Source: Raja brachyura
Lineage: Eukaryota
Direction: 5' to 3'
Assembly: GCA_963514005.1 (NCBI GenBank)
Contig: OY740805.1
Location: 38,936,001 to 39,000,000, forward strand
Length of the DNA stretch: 64,000 nucleotides
Shown: positions 62,805-64,000 of the stretch, piece after piece
Numbering within the stretch: position 1 is the stretch's first letter
Layout: each line of letters opens with the position of its first letter
Notes under the pieces: model-generated
Databases searched by the model: none
Told to the model about the DNA's origin: nothing
What the model saw: the letters and a program-made list of their open reading frames with translations, nothing else
Program-made: the position numbers and the translations under genes

Positions 62805-63576
62805 CTGGTCACAACTGGTGGACTGGTGCAATACGAACAACCTGATCCTGAATGTCGGAAAAACTAAGGAGATCATCGTCGACTTCAGGAAAAACCGGCA
62901 CAGTCCCACACCAATTCACATCAATGACAGCGATGTGGAGGTGGTCAGTAGCACAAAGTTCCTGGGGGTGCAGATCACTAACAGTCTGACCTGGTCAAAT
63001 AACATCTCATCAACAGTTAAGAGAGCGCAGCAGCGGTTCCACTTCCTGCGCCGGATGAGAAGAGCTCATCTCCCCCATCCCATCCTCACCACTTTCTACA
63101 GGGGCACCATAGAGAGTACTTTGACCAGCTGTATCTCTGCCTGTTTTGGGGACTGTAAAGCCTCCGACTGGAAGTCCGTGCAGAGAGTGGTGAGGACAGC
63201 GGAAAAAATCATCGGGACCTCTCTCCCCTCAATCGGGGATATTGCGACCAAACGTTGCGTGTCTAAGGCCAGCAGTATTATAAAAGACCCCACACATCTC
63301 CATCACGGACTGTTCACTCTGCTGCCCTCGGGCAAAAGATATCGCAGCATAAGGAGCAGAACATCAAGGTTCTGCAACAGCTTCTTCCCACGAGCCATCA
63401 GACTCCTGAATGCCGTGTAATGGGCTGCCACCATTGTCTATTTATCCATTTTATCCATGTTTATCCTTCTGTTAATTATCGTGTTGCACAGGGAGCCAAA
63501 TGCAACGGAATTTCGTTTGGAACTGCATATATCAATGTATTTCTAAATGACAATAAAGTTTGTTTGACTTTGACTT
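62805..63576 (+). mobile_element. Rex1/Babar-type LINE 3' fragment
   Basis: WCNTNNLILNVGKTKEIIVDFRK..KFLGVQI..FYRGTIES..LLPSGKRYRS..SFFPRAIRLLN; AATAAA and (TTGACT)n tail. Confidence 0.88.
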
Positions 63577-63687
63577 GGTCAGGCATCATCTCTGGAGAAC
63601 ATGGATACGCGTCCTTTCCCGTTTCGAGAAGAAGCGTTACGTTTGTCCTTGCAGGTGGGACGGGTATGGAAGGCAAGTTGGCATTCA

Positions 63688-64000
63688 GGAAACATAGAAA
63701 CATAGACAATAGGTGCAGGAGTAGGCCATTCGGCCCTTCGAACCTGCACCACCATTCAATATGATCATGGCTGATCATCCAACTCAGTATCCCGTACCTG
63801 CCTTCTCTCCATACCCCCTGATCCCCTTAGTCACAAGGGCCACATCTAACTCCCTCTTAAATATAGCCAATGAACTGGCCTCAACTACCCTCTGTGGCAG
63901 AGAGTTCCAGAGACCCACCACTCTCTGTGTGAAAAAATTCTTTCTCATCTCGGTCCTAAAGGATTTCCCCCTTATCCTTAAGCTGTGACCCCTTGTCCTG
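63688..64000 (-). mobile_element. CR1 3' end (continues past the window edge)
   Basis: Same 3' UTR and tail as other copies. Confidence 0.9.

Overview
Vertebrate genomic DNA, inferred to be cartilaginous fish (probably skate/ray) from the CR1 tails ((CTATGTTT)n), HE1/V-SINE-like elements and gene types. A 200-N scaffold gap (35132-35331) splits the window. Left of the gap: two intact, tandemly duplicated six-exon RING-B-box-coiled-coil-B30.2 (PRY/SPRY) TRIM genes on the minus strand, each predicted at 471 aa with all splice sites traceable; their B30.2 domains differ mainly in clustered loops. Right of the gap, buried in repeats: a minus-strand immunoglobulin-like gene fragment with a germline-joined V+J exon (43460-43837, no RSS, atypical pairing residues, extra Cys) and a phase-compatible C1-set exon (38375-38693) carrying one extra base. 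This candidate non-rearranging antibody-like gene is the most notable signal. Also present: a full-length DIRS tyrosine-recombinase retrotransposon with ITRs, ICR and a reconstructable AAT target; many Penelope-derived repeats with minimal hammerhead ribozyme motifs; CR1, L1 and Rex1/Babar LINE fragments; Helitron-like, hAT and other non-autonomous DNA transposons. All alignments were done by eye and no database searches were run.
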